A stretch of DNA of 64,000 nucleotides from Eledone cirrhosa (taxonomy: Eukaryota): the NCBI GenBank assembly GCA_964016885.1, contig OZ024740.1, positions 1,550,001-1,614,000 on the forward strand, in the 5' to 3' direction. The position numbers and the translations under genes were made by a program. Numbering within the stretch: the stretch's first letter is position 1; each line of letters starts with the position of its first letter. Under the pieces are notes generated by a model. It made no database searches. It saw only the letters and a program-made list of their open reading frames with translations, and had not been told where the DNA came from. This document shows positions 1 to 13,643 of this stretch, piece after piece.

Positions 1-3000
1 CAGTGGTGTTAGTAGTGGCAGTGTTGATGTAGTAGTGTTGTTAGTAGTGGTAGTGTTGATGAAGTAGTGGTGTTAGTAGTGGTAGTGTTGATGTAGCAGT
101 GGTGTTAGTAGTGGTAGTGTTGATGTAGCAGTAGTGTTAGTAGTGGTAGTGTTGATGTAGCAGTGGTGTTAGTAGTGGTAGTGTTGATGTAGTAGTGGTG
201 TTAGTAGTGGTAGTGTTGATGCAGTAGTGGTGTTAGTAGTGGTAGTGTTGAGGTAGTAGTGGTGTTAATTGTGGTAGTGTTCGGGTAGTAGTGGTGTTAG
301 TAGTGGTAGTGTTGATGTAGTAGTGGTAGTGTTGTGGTAGTAGTGGTAGTTTTGATGTAGTAGGGGTGGTGTTGATGTAGTAGGGGTGTTAGTTGTGGTA
401 GTGTTGATGTAGTAATGGTGTTAGTAGTGGTAGTGTTGGGCTAGTAGTCGTCGTGTTGGGGTAGTAGTGGTAGTGTTCATGTAGCAGTGGTGTTAGTAGT
501 GGTAGTGTTGGGGTAGTAGTGGTGGTGTTGATGTAGTAGTGGTGTTAGTAGTGGTAGTGTTGGTGTAGTAGTGGTGTTAGTAGTGGTAGTGTTGGTGTAG
601 TAGTGGTGTTAGTAGTGGTAGAGTTGATGTAGTAGTGGTGTTTGTAGTGGTAGTGTTGATGTAGTAGTGGTGTTAGTAGTGGCAGTGTTGATGTAGTAGT
701 GGTGTTAGTAGTGGTAGTGTTGATGTAGTAGTGGTAGTGTTGATGTAGTAGTGGTGTTAATAGTGGTAGTGTTGGTGTAGCAGTGGTGTTAGTAGTGGTG
801 TTATCAGTGGTAGTGTTGGGGTAGTAGTGGTGTTAGCAGTGGTAGTGTTGGTGTAGTAGTGGTAGTGTTGATGTAGTAGTGGTGTTAGCAGTGGTAGTGT
901 TGATGTAGTAGTGGTGTTAGTAGTGGTAGTGTTGATGTAGTAGTGTTGTTAGTAGTGGTAGTGTTGATGTAGTAGTGGTGTTAGTAGTGGTAGTGTTGGT
1001 GTAGTAGTGGTGTTAGTATTTGGTAGTGTTGATGTAGTAGTGGTGTTAGTAGTGGTAGTGTTGATGTAGTAGTGGTGTTAGTAGTGGTATTGTTGATGTA
1101 GTAGTGGTGTTAGTAGTGGTAGTGTTGATGTAGCAGTAGTGTTAGAAGTGGTAGTGTTGTTACTAGTGGTAGTGTTGATGTAGTAGTGGTAGTGTTGGTG
1201 TAGTAGTGGTAGTGTTGATGTAGTAGTGGTGTTAGTAGTGGTAGTGTTGATGTAGCAGTGGTGTTAGTAGTGGTAGTTTTGATGTAGCAGTGGTGTTAGT
1301 AGTGGTAGTGTTGATGTAGTAGTGGTGTTAGTAGTGGTAGTGTTGATGCAGTAGTGGTGTTAGTAGTGATATTGTTGATGTAGTAGTGGTGTTAGTAGTG
1401 GTAGTGTTGGTGTAGTAGTGGTGTTAGTAGTGGTAGTGTTGATGTAGTAGTGGTAGTGTTGATGCAGTAGTGGTGTTAGTAGTGGTAGTGTTGGTGTAGC
1501 AGTGGTGTTAGTAGTGTTAGTGTTGATGTAGTAGTGGTAGTGTTGATGCAGTAGTGGTGTTGGTAGTGGTAGTGTTGATGCAGTAGTGGTGTAGTAGTGG
1601 TAGTGTTGATGCAGTAGTGGTGTTAGTAGTTGTAGTGTTGATGTAGTAGTTGTGTTAGTAGTGGTAGTGTTGATGTAGTAGTGGTAGTGTTGGTGTAGTT
1701 GTGGTGTTAGTAGTGGTAGTGTTGGTGTAGTAGTGGTAGTGTTGGTGTAGTAGTGGTAGTGTTGATGTAGTAGTGGTGTTAGTAGTGGTAGTTTGGTGTA
1801 GTAGTGGTGTTAGTAGTGGTAGTGTTGGGGTAGTAGTGGTGTTAGTAGTGGTAGTGTTGATGTAGTAGTGGTAGTGTTGTGGTAGTAGTGGTAGTGTTGA
1901 TGTAGTAGTGGTAGTTTTGATGTAGCAGTGGTGTTAGTAGTGGTAGTGTTGGTGTAGTAGTGGTGTTAGTAGTGGTAGTGTTGATGTAGTAGTGCTGTTA
2001 GTAGTGGTAGTGTTGGTGTAGTAGTGGTGTTAGTAGTGGTAGTGTTGATGTAGTAGTGTTGTTAGTAGTGGTAGTGTTGGTGTAGTAGTGGTGTTAGTAG
2101 TGGTAGTGTTGATGTAGTAGTGGTGTTAGTAGTGGTAGTGTTGGTGTAGTAGTGCTGTTAGTAGTGGTAGTGTTGGTGTAGTAGTGGTGTTAGTAGTGGT
2201 AGTGTTGATGTAGTATTGGTGTTAGTAGTGGTAGTGTTGGTGTAGTAGTGGTGTTTGTAGTGGTAGTGTTGATGTAGTAGTGTTGTTAGTAATGGTAGTG
2301 TTGATGTAGTAGTGGTGTTAGTAGTGGTAGTGTTGGTGTAGTAGTGGTGTTAGTAGTGATAGTGTTGATGTAGCAGTGGTGTTAGTAGTGGTAGTGTTGG
2401 TGTAGTTGTGGTGTTAGTAGTGGTAGTGTTGGTGTAGTAGGGGTGTTAGTAGTGGTAGTGTTGATGTAGTAGTGCTGTTAGTAGTGGTAGTGTTGGTGTA
2501 GTAGTGGTGTTAGTAGTGGTAGTGTTGATGTAGTAGTGTTGTTAGTAGTGGTAGTGTTGGTGTAGTAGTGGTGTTAGTAGTGGCAGTGTTGATGTAATAG
2601 TGGTGTTAGTAGTGGTAGTGTTGGTGTAGTAGTGGTGTTAGTAGACGTAGTTTTGATGTAGCAGTGGTGTTAGTAGTGGTAGTGTTGATGCAGTAGTGTT
2701 GTTAGTAGTGGTAGTGTTGATGTAGTAGTGGTGTTAGTAGTGGTAGTGTTGATGTAGTAGTGGTGTTAGTAGTTGTAGTGTTGATGTAGTAGTGGTGTTA
2801 GAAGTGGTGTTAGTAGTAGTAGTTTTGGTGTAGTAGTGGTAGTGTTGATGTGGTAGTGGTAGTGTCGATGTAGTATTGGTGTTAGTAGTGGTAGTGTTGG
2901 TGTAGTAGTGGTGTTAGTAGTGGTAGTGTTGATGTAGTAGTGGTAGTGTTGATGTAGTAGTCGTGTTAGTAGTGGTAGTGTTGATGTAGTAGTGGTAGTG

Positions 3001-6000
3001 TTGATGTAGTAGTCGTGTTAGTAGTGGTAGTGTTGATGTAGCAGTGGTTTTAGTAGTGGTAGTGTTGATGTAGCAGTGGTGTTAGTAGTGGTAGTGTTGG
3101 TGTATTAGTGGTGTTAGTAGTGGTAGTGTTGTTGTAGTAGTCGTAGTGTTGATGTAGTAGTGGTGTTAGTAGTGGTAGTGTTGGTGTAGTAGGGTTGTTA
3201 GTAGTGGTAGTGTTGATGTAGTAGTGGTGTTAGTAGTGGTAGTGTTGGTGTAGTAGTGGTGTTACTAGTGGTATTGTTGATGTAGTAGTGGTGTTAGTAG
3301 TGGTAGTGTTGGTGTAGTAGGGTTGTTAGTAGTGGTAGTGTTGATGTAGTAGTGGTGTTAGTAGTGGTAGTGTTGGGGTAGTAGTGGTGTTAGTAGTGGT
3401 AGTGTTGATGTAGTAGTGGTGTTAGTAGTGGTAGTGTTCATGTAGTAGTGGTAGTGTTGATGTAGTAGTGGTGTTAGTAGTGGTAGTGTTGATGTAGTAG
3501 TGGTGTTAGTAGTGGTAGTGTTGATGTAGTAATGGTGTTAGTAGTGGTATTGTTGATGTAGTAGTGGTGTTAGTAGTGGTAGTGTTGGTGTAGTAGTGGT
3601 GTTAGTAGTGGTAGTCTTGGTGTAGTAGTGGTAGTGTTGATTTAGTAGTGGTGTTATTAGAGGTAGTGTTGGTGTAGTAGTGGTGTTAGTAGTGGTAGTG
3701 TTGGTGTAGTAGTGGTAGTTTTGATGTAGGAGTGGTGTTAGTAGTGGTAGTGTTGATGTAGTAGTGGTGTTAGTAGTGGTAGTGTTGATGAAGTAGTGGT
3801 GTTAGTTGTGGTAGTGTTGATGTAGTAGTGGTGTTAGTAGTGGTAGTGTTGATGTAGTAGTGATAGTGTTGGTGTAGTAGTGGTGTTAGTAGTGGTATGG
3901 TTGGTGAAGTAGTGGTGTTAGTAGAGGTAGTGTTGGTGTAGTAGTGGTAGTGTTGATGTAGTAATGGTGTTAGTAGTGGTAGTGTTGATGTAGTAATGGT
4001 GTTAGTAGTGGTAATGTTGATGTAGTAGTGGTAGTGGTAGTGTTGGTGTAGTAGTGGTGTTAGTAGTGGTAGTGTTGGTGTAGTAGTGGTGTTAGTAGAG
4101 GTAGTGTTGGTGTAGTAGAGGTAGTGTTGATGTAGTAGTGGTATTAGTAGTGGTTGTGTTGATGTAGTAGTGGTGTTAGTAGTGGTAGTGTTGGGGTAGT
4201 AGTGGTGTTAGTAGTGGTAGTGTTGATGTAGTAGTGGTAGTGTTGATGTAGTGGTGGTGTTTGTAGTGGTAGTGTTGATGTAGCAGTGGTGTTAGTAGTG
4301 GTAGTGTTGATGTAGTAGTGGTGTTAGTAGTGGTAGTGTTGATGTAGTAGTGGTAGTGTTGGTGTAGTAGTGGTGTTAGTATTGGTAGTGTTGATGTAGT
4401 AGTGGTGTTAGTAGTGGTAGTGTTGGTGTAGTAGTGGTGTTAGTAGTGGTAGTGTTGATGTAGTAGTCGTGTTAGTAGTGGTAGTGTTGGTGTAGTAGTG
4501 GTGTTAGTAGTGTTAGTGTTGATGTAGTAGTGTTGTTAGTAGTGGTAGTGTTGGTGTAGTAGTGGTAGTGTTGATGTAGTAGTGCTGTTAGTAGTGGTAG
4601 TGTTGATGTAGTAGTGGTGTTAGTAGTGGTAGTGTTGGTGTAGTAGTGGTGTTAGTAGTGGTAGTGTTGATGTAGCAGTGGTGTTAGTAGTGGTGTTAGT
4701 AGTGATAGTGTTGGTGTAGTAGTGGTGTTAGTAGTGTTTGTGTTGATGTAGTAGTGTTGTTAGTAGTGGTAGTGTTGATGTAGTAGTGGTAGTGTTGATG
4801 TAGTAGTGATAGTGTTGGTGTAGTAGTGGTGTTAGTAGTGTTTGTGTTGATGTAGTAGTGTTGTTAGTAGTGGTAGTGTTGATGTAGTAGTGGTAGTGTT
4901 GATGTAGTAGTGATAGTGTTGATGTAGTAGTGGTGTTAGTATTGGTGTTAGTAGTGTTAGTGTTGATGTAGTAGTGGTGTTAGTAGTGGTGTTAGTAGTG
5001 GTAGTGTTGATGTAGTAGTGGTAGTGTTGGTGTAGCAGTGGTGTTAGTAGTGGTAGTGTTGGTGTAGTAGTGGTGTTAGTAGTGGTAGTTTTGATGTAGC
5101 AGTGGCGTTAGTAGTGGTAGTGTTGATGTAGTAGTGGTAGTGTTGGTGTAGTAGTGGTGTTAGTAGTGATAGTGTTGGTGTAGTAGTGGTAGTGTTGGTG
5201 TAGTAGGGGTGTTAGTAGTGGTAGTGTTGGTGTAGTAGTGGTGTTAGTAGTGGTAGTGTTGATGTAGTAGTGGTGTTAGTAGTGGTAGTGTTGATGTAGT
5301 AGTGGTGTTAGTAGACGTAGTTTTGATGTAGCAGTGGTGTTAGTAGTGGTAGTGTTGATGCAGTAGTGTTGTTAGTAGTGGTAGTGTTGATGTAGTAGTG
5401 TTGTTAGTAGTGGTAGTGTTGATGTAGTAGTGGTGTTAGTAGTGGTAGTGTTGATGTAGTAGTTGTAGTGTTGATGTAGTAGTGGTGTTAGTAGTGGTGT
5501 TAGTAGTAGTAGTTTTGGTGTAGTAGTGGTGTTAGTAGTGGTAGTGTTGGTGTAGTAGTGGTGTTAGTAGTGGTAGTGTTGATGTAGTAGTGGTGTTAGT
5601 AGTGGTAGTGTTGATGTAGTAGTGGTGTTAGTAGTGGTAGTGTTGGTGTAGTAGTGGTGTTAGTAGTGTTAGTGTTGATGTAGTAGTGTTGTTAGTAGTG
5701 GTAGTGTTGGTGTAGTAGTGCTGTTAGTAGTGGTAGTGTTGATGTAGCAGTGGTGTTAGTAGTGGTAGTGTTGGTGTAGTAGTGGTGTTAGTAATGGTAG
5801 TGTTGATGTAGCAGTGGTGTTAGTAGTGGTGTTAGTAGTGATAGTGTTGGTGTAGTAGTGGTAGTGTTGGTGTAGTAGGGGTGTTAGTAGTGGTAGTGTT
5901 GATGTAGTAGTGCTGTTAGTAGTGGTAGTGTTGGTGGGTGTAGTAGTGGTAGTGTTGATGTAGTAGTGTTGTTAGTAGTGGTAGTGTTGGTGTAGTAGTG

Positions 6001-9000
6001 GTGTTAGTAGTGGTAGTGTTGATGTAGTAGTGGTGTTAGTAGTGGTAGTGTTGATGCAGTAGTGGTGTTAGTAGTGGTAGTGTTGATGTAGTAGTGGTAG
6101 TGTTGATGTAGTAGTGGTGTTAGTAGAGGTAGTTTTGGTGTAGTAGTGATAGTGTTGATGTAGTAGTGGTAGTGTCGATGTAGTATTGGTGTAAGTAGTG
6201 GTAGTGTTGGTGTAGTAGTGGTGTTAGTAGTGGTAGTGTTGATGTAGTAGTCGTGTTAGTAGTGGTAGTGTTGATGTAGTATTGGTGTTAGTAGTGGTAG
6301 TGTTGATGTAGTAGTCGTGTTAGTAGTGGTAGTGTTGATGTAGCTGTGGTGATAGTAGTGGTAGTGTTGGTGTAGTAGTGGTGTTAGTAGTGTTAGTGTT
6401 GATGTAGTATTGTTGTTAATAGTGGTAGTGTTGATGTAGTAGTGGTAGTGTTGATGTAGTAGTGGTGTTAGTAGTGGTGTTAGTAGTAGTAGTTTTGGTG
6501 TAGTAGTGGTGTTAGTAGTGGTAGTGTTGATGTGGTAGTGGTAGTGTCGATGTAGTATTGGTGTTAGTAGTGGTAGTGTTGGTGTAGTAGTGGTGTTAGT
6601 AGTGGTAGTGTTGATGTAGTAGTCGTGTTAGTAGTGGTAGTGTTGATGTAGCAGTGGTTTTAGTAGTGGTAGTGTTGGTGTAGTAGTGTTGTTAGTAGTG
6701 GTATTGTTGATGTAGTAGTGGTGTTAGTAGTGGTAGTGTTGGTGTATTAGTGGTGTTAGTAGTGGTAGTGTTGGTGTAGTAGTGGTAGTGTTGTTGTAGT
6801 AGTTGTAGTGTTGATGTAGTAGTGGTGTTAGTAGTGGTAGTGTTGGTGTAGTAGTGTTGTTAGTAGTGGTAGTGTTGATGTAGTAGTGGTGTTAGTAGTG
6901 GTAGTGTTGGTGTAGTAGTGGTAGTGTTGATGTAGTAGTGGTGTTACTAGTGGTATTGTTGATGTAGTAGTGGTATTAGTAGTGGTAGTGTTGGGGTAGT
7001 AGTGGTGTTAGTAGTGGTAGTGTTGATGTAGTAGTGGTGTTAGTAGTGGTAGTGTTCATGTAGTAGTGGTAGTGTTGATGTAGTAGTGGTGTTAGTAGTG
7101 GTAGTGTTGATGTAGTAGTGGTGTTAGTAGTGGTAGTGTTGATGTAGTAGTGGTGTTAGTAGTGGTAGTGTTGATGTAGTAATGGTGTTAGTAGTGGTAG
7201 TGTTGATGTAGTAGTGGTGTTAGTAGTGGTAGTGTTGGTGTAGTAGTGGTGTTAGTAGTGGTAGTCTTGGTGTAGTAATGGTGTTAGTAGTGGTAGTGTT
7301 GATTTAGTAGTGGTGTTAGTAGTGGTAGTGTTGGTGTAGTAGTGGTGTTAGTAGTGGTAGTGTTGATGTAGCAGTGGTGTTAGTAGTGGTAGTGTTGATG
7401 TAGTAGTGGTGTTAGTAGTGGTAGTTTTGGTGTAGTAGTGGTGTTAGTAGTGGTAGTTTTGATGTAGTAGTGGTGTTAGTAGTGGTAGTGTTGGTGTAGT
7501 AGTGGTGTTAGTAGTGGTAGTTTTGATGTAGCAGTGGTGTTAGTAGTGGTAGTGTTGGTGTAGTAGTGTTGTTAGTAGTGGTAGTGTTGATGTAGTAGTG
7601 GTAGTGTTGGTGTAGTAGTGGTGTTAGTAGTGGTAGTGTTGGTGTAGTAGTGGTGTTAGTAATGGTAGTGTTGGTGTAGTTGTGGTAGTGTTGATGTAGT
7701 AGTGGTGTTAGTAGTGGTAGTGTTGGTGTAGTAGTGTTGTTAGTAGTGGTAGTGTTGATGTAGTAGTGGTGTTAGTAGTGGTAGTGTTGGTGTAGTAGTG
7801 GTGTTAGTAGTGGTAGTGTTGATGTAGTAGTGGTAGTGTTGATGTAGTAGTGGTGTTAATAGAGGTAGTTTTGGTGTAGTAGTGGTAGTGTTGATGTAGT
7901 AGTGGTAGTGTCGATGTAGTATTGGTGTTAGTAGTGGTAGTGTTGATGTAGTAGTGGTGTTAGTAGTGGTAGTGTTGATGTAGTAGTCGTGTTAGTAGTG
8001 GTAGTATTGATGTAGCTGTGGTGTTAGTAGTGGTAGTGTTGGTGTAGTAGTGGTGTTAGTAGTGGTAGTGTTGATGTAGCAGTGGTGTTAGTAGTGGTAG
8101 TGTTGGGGTAGTAGTGGTGTTTGTAGTGGTAGTGTTGATGTAGTAGTTGTAGTGTTGGTGTAGTAGTGGTAGTCTTGATGTAGTAGTGGTAGTGTTGGGG
8201 TAGTAGTGGTAGTGTTGATGTAGTTGTCGTGTTAGTAGTGGTAGTGTTGATGTAGCAGTGGTGTTAGTAGTGGTAGTGTTGGGGTAGTAGTGGTGTTTGT
8301 AGTGGTAGTGTTGATGTAGTAGTTGTAGTGTTGGTGTAGTAGTGGTAGTCTTGATGTAGTAGTGGTAGTGTTGGGGTAGTAGTGGTATGTGTTGATGTAG
8401 TAGTGGTGTTAGTAGTGGTAGTGTTGATGTAGTAGTGGTGTTAATAGTGGTAGTGTTGATGTAGTAGTGGTGTTAGTAGTGGTAGTGTTGGGGTAGTAGT
8501 GGTGTTTGTAGTGGTAGTGTTGATGTAGTAGTTGTAGTGTTGGTGTAGTAGTGGTAGTCTTGATGTAGTAGTGGTAGTGTTGGGGTAGTAGTGGTAGTGT
8601 TGATGTAGTAGTGGTGTTACTAGTGGTATTGTTGATGTAGTAGTGGTATTAGTAGTGGTAGTGTTGGGGTAGTAGTGGTGTTAGTAGTGGTAGTGTTGAT
8701 GTAGTAGTGGTAGTGTTGATGTAGTAGTGGTAGTGTTGATGTAGTAGTGGTGTTAGTAGTGGTAGTGTTGATGAAGTAGTGGTGTTAGTAGTGGTAGTGT
8801 TGATGTAATAATGGTGTTAGTAGTGGTAGTGTTGGTGTAGTAGTGGTGTTAGTAGTGGTAGTGTTGATGTAGTAGTGGTGTTAGTAGTGGTAGTGTTGGT
8901 GTAGTAGTGGTGTTAGTAGTGGTAGTATTGATGAAGTAATGGTGTTAGTAGTGGTAGTGTTGATGTAGTAGTGATAGTGTTGGTGTAGTAGTGGTGTTAG

Positions 9001-12000
9001 TAGAGGTAGTGTTGGTGTAGTAGGGGTAGTGTTGATGTAGTAGTGGTGTTAGTAGTGGTAGTGTTGATGTAGTAGTGGTGTTAGTAGAGGTAGTGTTGGT
9101 GTAGTAGTGGTAGTTTTGATGTAAGAGTGGTGTTAGTAGTGGTAGTGTTGATGAAGTAATGGTGTTAGTCGAGGTAGTGTTGGTGTAGTAGTGCTGTTAG
9201 TAGTGGTGTTAGTAGTGGTAGTGTTGATGTAGTAGTGGTGTTAGTAGTGGTATGGTTGGTGAAGTAGTGGTGTTAGTCGAGGTAGTGTTGGTGTAGTAGT
9301 GCTGTTAGTAGTGGTGTTAGTAGTGGTAGTGTTGATGTAGTAGTGGTGTTAGTAGTGGTAGTGTTGATGTAGCAGTGGTGTTAGTAGTGGTAGTGTTGAT
9401 GTAGTAGTGGTAGTGTTGATGTAGTAGTGGTAGTGTTGATGTAGTAGTGGTGTTAATAGAGGTAGTTTTGGTGTAGTAGTGGTAGTGTCGATGTAGTATT
9501 GGTGTTAGTAGTGGTAGTGTTGATGTAGTAGTGGTGTTTGTAGTGGTAGTGTTGATGTAGTAGTGGTGTTAGTAGTGGTAGTGTTGATGTAGCTGTGGTG
9601 TTAGTAGTGGTGTTAGTAGTGGTAGTGTTGGTGTAGTAGTGGTGTTAGTAGTGATAGTGTTGATGTAGTTGTCGTGTTAGTAGTGGTAGTGTTGATGTAG
9701 CAGTGGTGTTAGTAGTGGTAGTGTTGATGTAGTAGTGGTGTTAGTAGTGGTAGTGTTGATGTAGTAGTGGTATTATTAGAGGTAGTCTTGGTGTAGTAGT
9801 GGTAGTGTTGATGTAGTAGTGGTGTTTGTAGTGGTAGTGTTGATGTAGTAGTTGTAGTGTTGGTGTAGTAGTGGTAGTCTTGATGTAGTAGTGGTAGTGT
9901 TGGGGTAGTAGTGGTAGTGTTGATGTAGTAGTGGTGTTAGTAGTGGTAGTGTTGATGTAGTAGTGGTGTTAGTAGTGGTAGTGTTGATGTAGTAGTGGTG
10001 TTAGTAGTGGTAGTGTTGGGGTAGTAGTGGTGTTAGTAGTGGTAGTGTTGATGTAGTAGTGGTAGTGTTGATGTAGTAGTGGTGTTAGTAGTGGTAGTGT
10101 TGATGTAGTGGTGTTAGTAGTGGTAGTGTTGATGTAGTAATGGTGTTAGTAGTGGTGTTAGTAGTGGTAGTGTTGGTGTAGTAGTGGTGTTAGTAGTGGT
10201 AGTGTTGGTGTAGTAGTGGTGTTAGTAGTGGTAGTGTTGATGTAGTAGTGGTATTATTAGAGGTAGTCTTGGTGTAGTAGTGGTAGTGTTGATGTAGTAG
10301 TGGTGTTATTAGAGGTAGTGTTGGTGTAGTAGTGGTAGTGTTGGTGTAGTAGTGGTGTTAGTAGAGGTAGTGTTGGTGTAGTAGTGGTAGTTTTGATGTA
10401 AGAGTGGTGTTAGTAGTGGTAGTGTTGATGTAGTAGTGGTGTTAGTAGTGGTAGTGTTGATGAAGTAATGGTGTTAGTAGTGGTAGTGTTGATGTAGTAG
10501 TGATAGTGTTGGTGTAGTAGTGGTATGGTTGGTGAAGTAGTGGTGTTAGTAGAGGTAGTGTTGGTGTAGTAGTGCTGTTAGTAGTGGTAGTGTTGATGTA
10601 GCAGTGGTGTTAGTAGTGGTAGTGTTGATGTAGTAGTGGTGTTAGTAGTGGTAGTGTTGGTGTAGTAGTGGTGTTAGTAGTGGTAGTGTTGATGTAGTAG
10701 TGGTGTTAGTAGTGGTAGTGTTGATGTAGTAGTGGTGTTAGTAGTGGTAGTGTAGTAGTGGTGTTAGTAGTGATAGTGTTGGTGTAGTAGTGGTGTTAGT
10801 AGTGGTAGTGTTGGTGTAGTAGGGGTGTTAGTAGTGGTAGTGTTGCTGCAGTAGTGGTAGTGTTGATGTAGTAGTGGTGTTAGTAGTGGTAGTGTTGGTG
10901 TAGTAGTGGTGTTAGTAGTGATAGTGTTGGTGTAGTAGTGGTGTTAGTAGTGGTAGTGTTGGTGTAGTAGGGGTGTTAGTAGTGGTAGTGTTGATGTAGT
11001 AGTGGTGTTAGTAGTGGTAGTGTTGATGTAGTAGTGTTGGTGTAGTAGTGGTGTTAGTAGTGATAGTGTTGGTGTAGTAGTGGTGTTAGTAGTGGTAGTG
11101 TTGGTGTAGTAGGTGTGTTAGTAGTGGTAGTGTTGATGTAGTAGTGGTGTTAGTAGTGGTAGTGTTGATGTAGTAGTGTTGTTAGTAGTGGTAGTGTTGA
11201 TGCAGTAGTGGTGTTAGTAGTGGTAGTGTTGATGTAGTAGTGGTAGTGTTGGTGTAGTAGTGGTGTTAGTAGTGGTAGTGTTGGTGTAGTAGTGGTAGTG
11301 TTGATGTAGTAGTGGTAGTGTTGATGTAGTAGTGGTGTTAGTAGTGGTAGCGTTGATGCTGTAGTGTTGTTAGTAGTGGTAGTGTTGATGTAGTAGTGGT
11401 GTTAGTAGTGGTAGTGTTGATGTAGTAGTGGTGTTAGTAGTGGTAGTGTTGATGTAGTAGTGTTGTTAGTAGTGGTGTTAGTAGTGGTAGTGTTGATGTA
11501 GTAGTGGTGTTAGTAGTGGTAGTGTTGATGTAGCAGTGGTGTTAGTAGTGGTAGTGTTGATGTAGTAGTGGTAGTGTTGATGTAGTAGTGGTAGTGTTGA
11601 TGTAGTAGTGGTGTTAATAGAGGTAGTTTTGGTGTAGTAGTGGTAGTGTCGATGTAGTATTGGTGTTAGTAGTGGTAGTGTTGATGTAGTAGTGGTGTTT
11701 GTAGTGGTAGTGTTGATGTAGTAGTGGTGTTAGTAGTGGTAGTGTTGATGTAGCTGTGGTGTTAGTAGTGGTGTTAGTAGTGGTAGTGTTGGTGTAGTAG
11801 TGGTGTTAGTAGTGATAGTGTTGATGTAGTAGTGGTGTTAGTAGTGGTAGTGTTGATGTAGTAGTGGTGTTAGTAGTGGTAGTGTTGATGTAGTAGTGGT
11901 GTTAGTAGTGGTAGTGTTGATGTAGTAGTGGTATTATTAGAGGTAGTCTTGGTGTAGTAGTGGTAGTGTTGATGTAGTAGTGGTGTTTGTAGTGGTAGTG

Positions 12001-13560
12001 TTGATGTAGTAGTTGTAGTGTTGGTGTAGTAGTGGTAGTCTTGATGTAGTAGTGGTAGTGTTGGGGTAGTAGTGGTAGTGTTGATGTAGTAGTGGTGTTA
12101 GTAGTGGTAGTGTTGATGTAGTAGTGGTGTTAGTAGTGGTAGTGTTGATGTAGTAGTGGTGTTAGTAGTGGTAGTGTTGATGTAGTAGTGGTGTTAGTAG
12201 TGGTAGTGTTGGGGTAGTAGTGGTGTTAGTAGTGGTAGTGTTGATGTAGTAGTGGTAGTGTTGATGTAGTAGTGGTGTTAGTAGTGGTAGTGTTGATGAA
12301 GTAGTGGTAGTGTTGATGAAGTAGTGGTAGTGTTGATGTAGTAGTGGTGTTAGTAGTGGTAGTGTTGATGTAGTGGTGTTAGTAGTGGTAGTGTTGATGT
12401 AGTAGTGGTGTTACTAGTGGTAGTGTTGATGTAGTAGTGGTGTTAGTAGTGGTAGTGTTGATGTAGTAGTGGTGTTAGTAGTGGTAGTGTTGGGGTAGTA
12501 GTGGTGTTAGTAGTGGTAGTGTTGATGTAGTAGTGGTAGTGTTGATGTAGTAGTGGTGTTAGTAGTGGTAGTGTTGATGAAGTAGTGGTAGTGTTGATGA
12601 AGTAGTGGTAGTGTTGATGTAGTAGTGGTGTTAGTAGTGGTAGTGTTGATGTAGTGGTGTTAGTAGTGGTAGTGTTGATGTAGTAATGGTGTTAGTAGTG
12701 GTGTTAGTAGTGGTAGTGTTGATGTAGTAGTGTTGTTAGTAGTGGTAGTGTTGATGCAGTAGTGGTGTTAGTAGTGGTAGTGTTGGTGTAGTAGTGGTGT
12801 TAGTAGTGGTAGTGTTGGTGTAGTAGTGGTAGTGTTGATGTAGTAGTGGTAGTGTTGATGTAGTAGTGGTGTTAGTAGTGGTAGCGTTGATGCTGTAGTG
12901 TTGTTAGTAGTGGTAGTGTTGATGTAGTAGTGGTGTTAGTAGTGGTAGTGTTGATGTAGTAGTGGTGTTAGTAGTGGTAGTGTTGATGTAGTAGTGTTGT
13001 TAGTAGTGGTGTTAGTAGTGGTAGTGTTGATGTAGTAGTGGTAGTGTCGATGTAGTATTGGTGTTAGTAGTGGTAGTGTTGGTGTAGTAGTGGTAGTGTC
13101 GATGTAGTAGTGGTGTTAGTAGTGGTAGTGTTGATGTAGTAGTGTTGTTAGTTGTGGTCGTGTTGATGTAGTAGTGGTAGTGTTGATGTAGCAGTGGCGT
13201 TAGTAGTGGTAGTGTTGATGTGGTAGTGGTAGTTTCGATGTAGTAGTGGTGTTAGTAGTGGTAGTGTTGATGTAGTAGTGGTGTTAGTAGTGGTAGTGCT
13301 GATGTAGTAGTGGTGTTAATAGTGGTAGTGTTGATGTAGTAGTGGTGTTAGTAGTGGTAGTGTTGATGTAGTAGTGGTGTTAGTAGTGGTGTTAGTAGTG
13401 GTAGTGTTGATGTAGTAGTGTTGTTAGTAGTGGTGTTAGTAGTGGTAGTGTTGATGTAGTAGTGGTAGTGTTGGTGTAGTAGTGGTGTTAGTGGTGGTAG
13501 TGTTGGTGTAGTAGTGGTGTTAGTAGTGGTAGTGTTGGTGTAGTACTGGTAGTGTTGATG
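1..13560. repeat. Large G/T-rich minisatellite, ~32-bp unit built from 12-bp (TAGTAGTGGTGT) and 20-bp (TAGTAGTGGTAGTGTTGATG) subunits; runs off the window start
   Basis: Directly visible periodicity (e.g. 9961-10020). AB, BB and AA subunit orders occur. The + strand is nearly C-free. Confidence 0.97.
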
Positions 13561-13643
13561 GTATAGCTCTAACTTGCTAAAAGTTACACTGTCACTGCCT
13601 CTCTCGCTCTCCCCATCTTTCACTACTAGAAGCAAATGGGGTC

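Noticed and set aside
1-13560. Telomeric repeat tract
   Set aside because: G/T-rich and contains TTAG, but not (TTAGGG)n or (TTAGG)n; the period is 32 bp and it lies upstream of internal exons.
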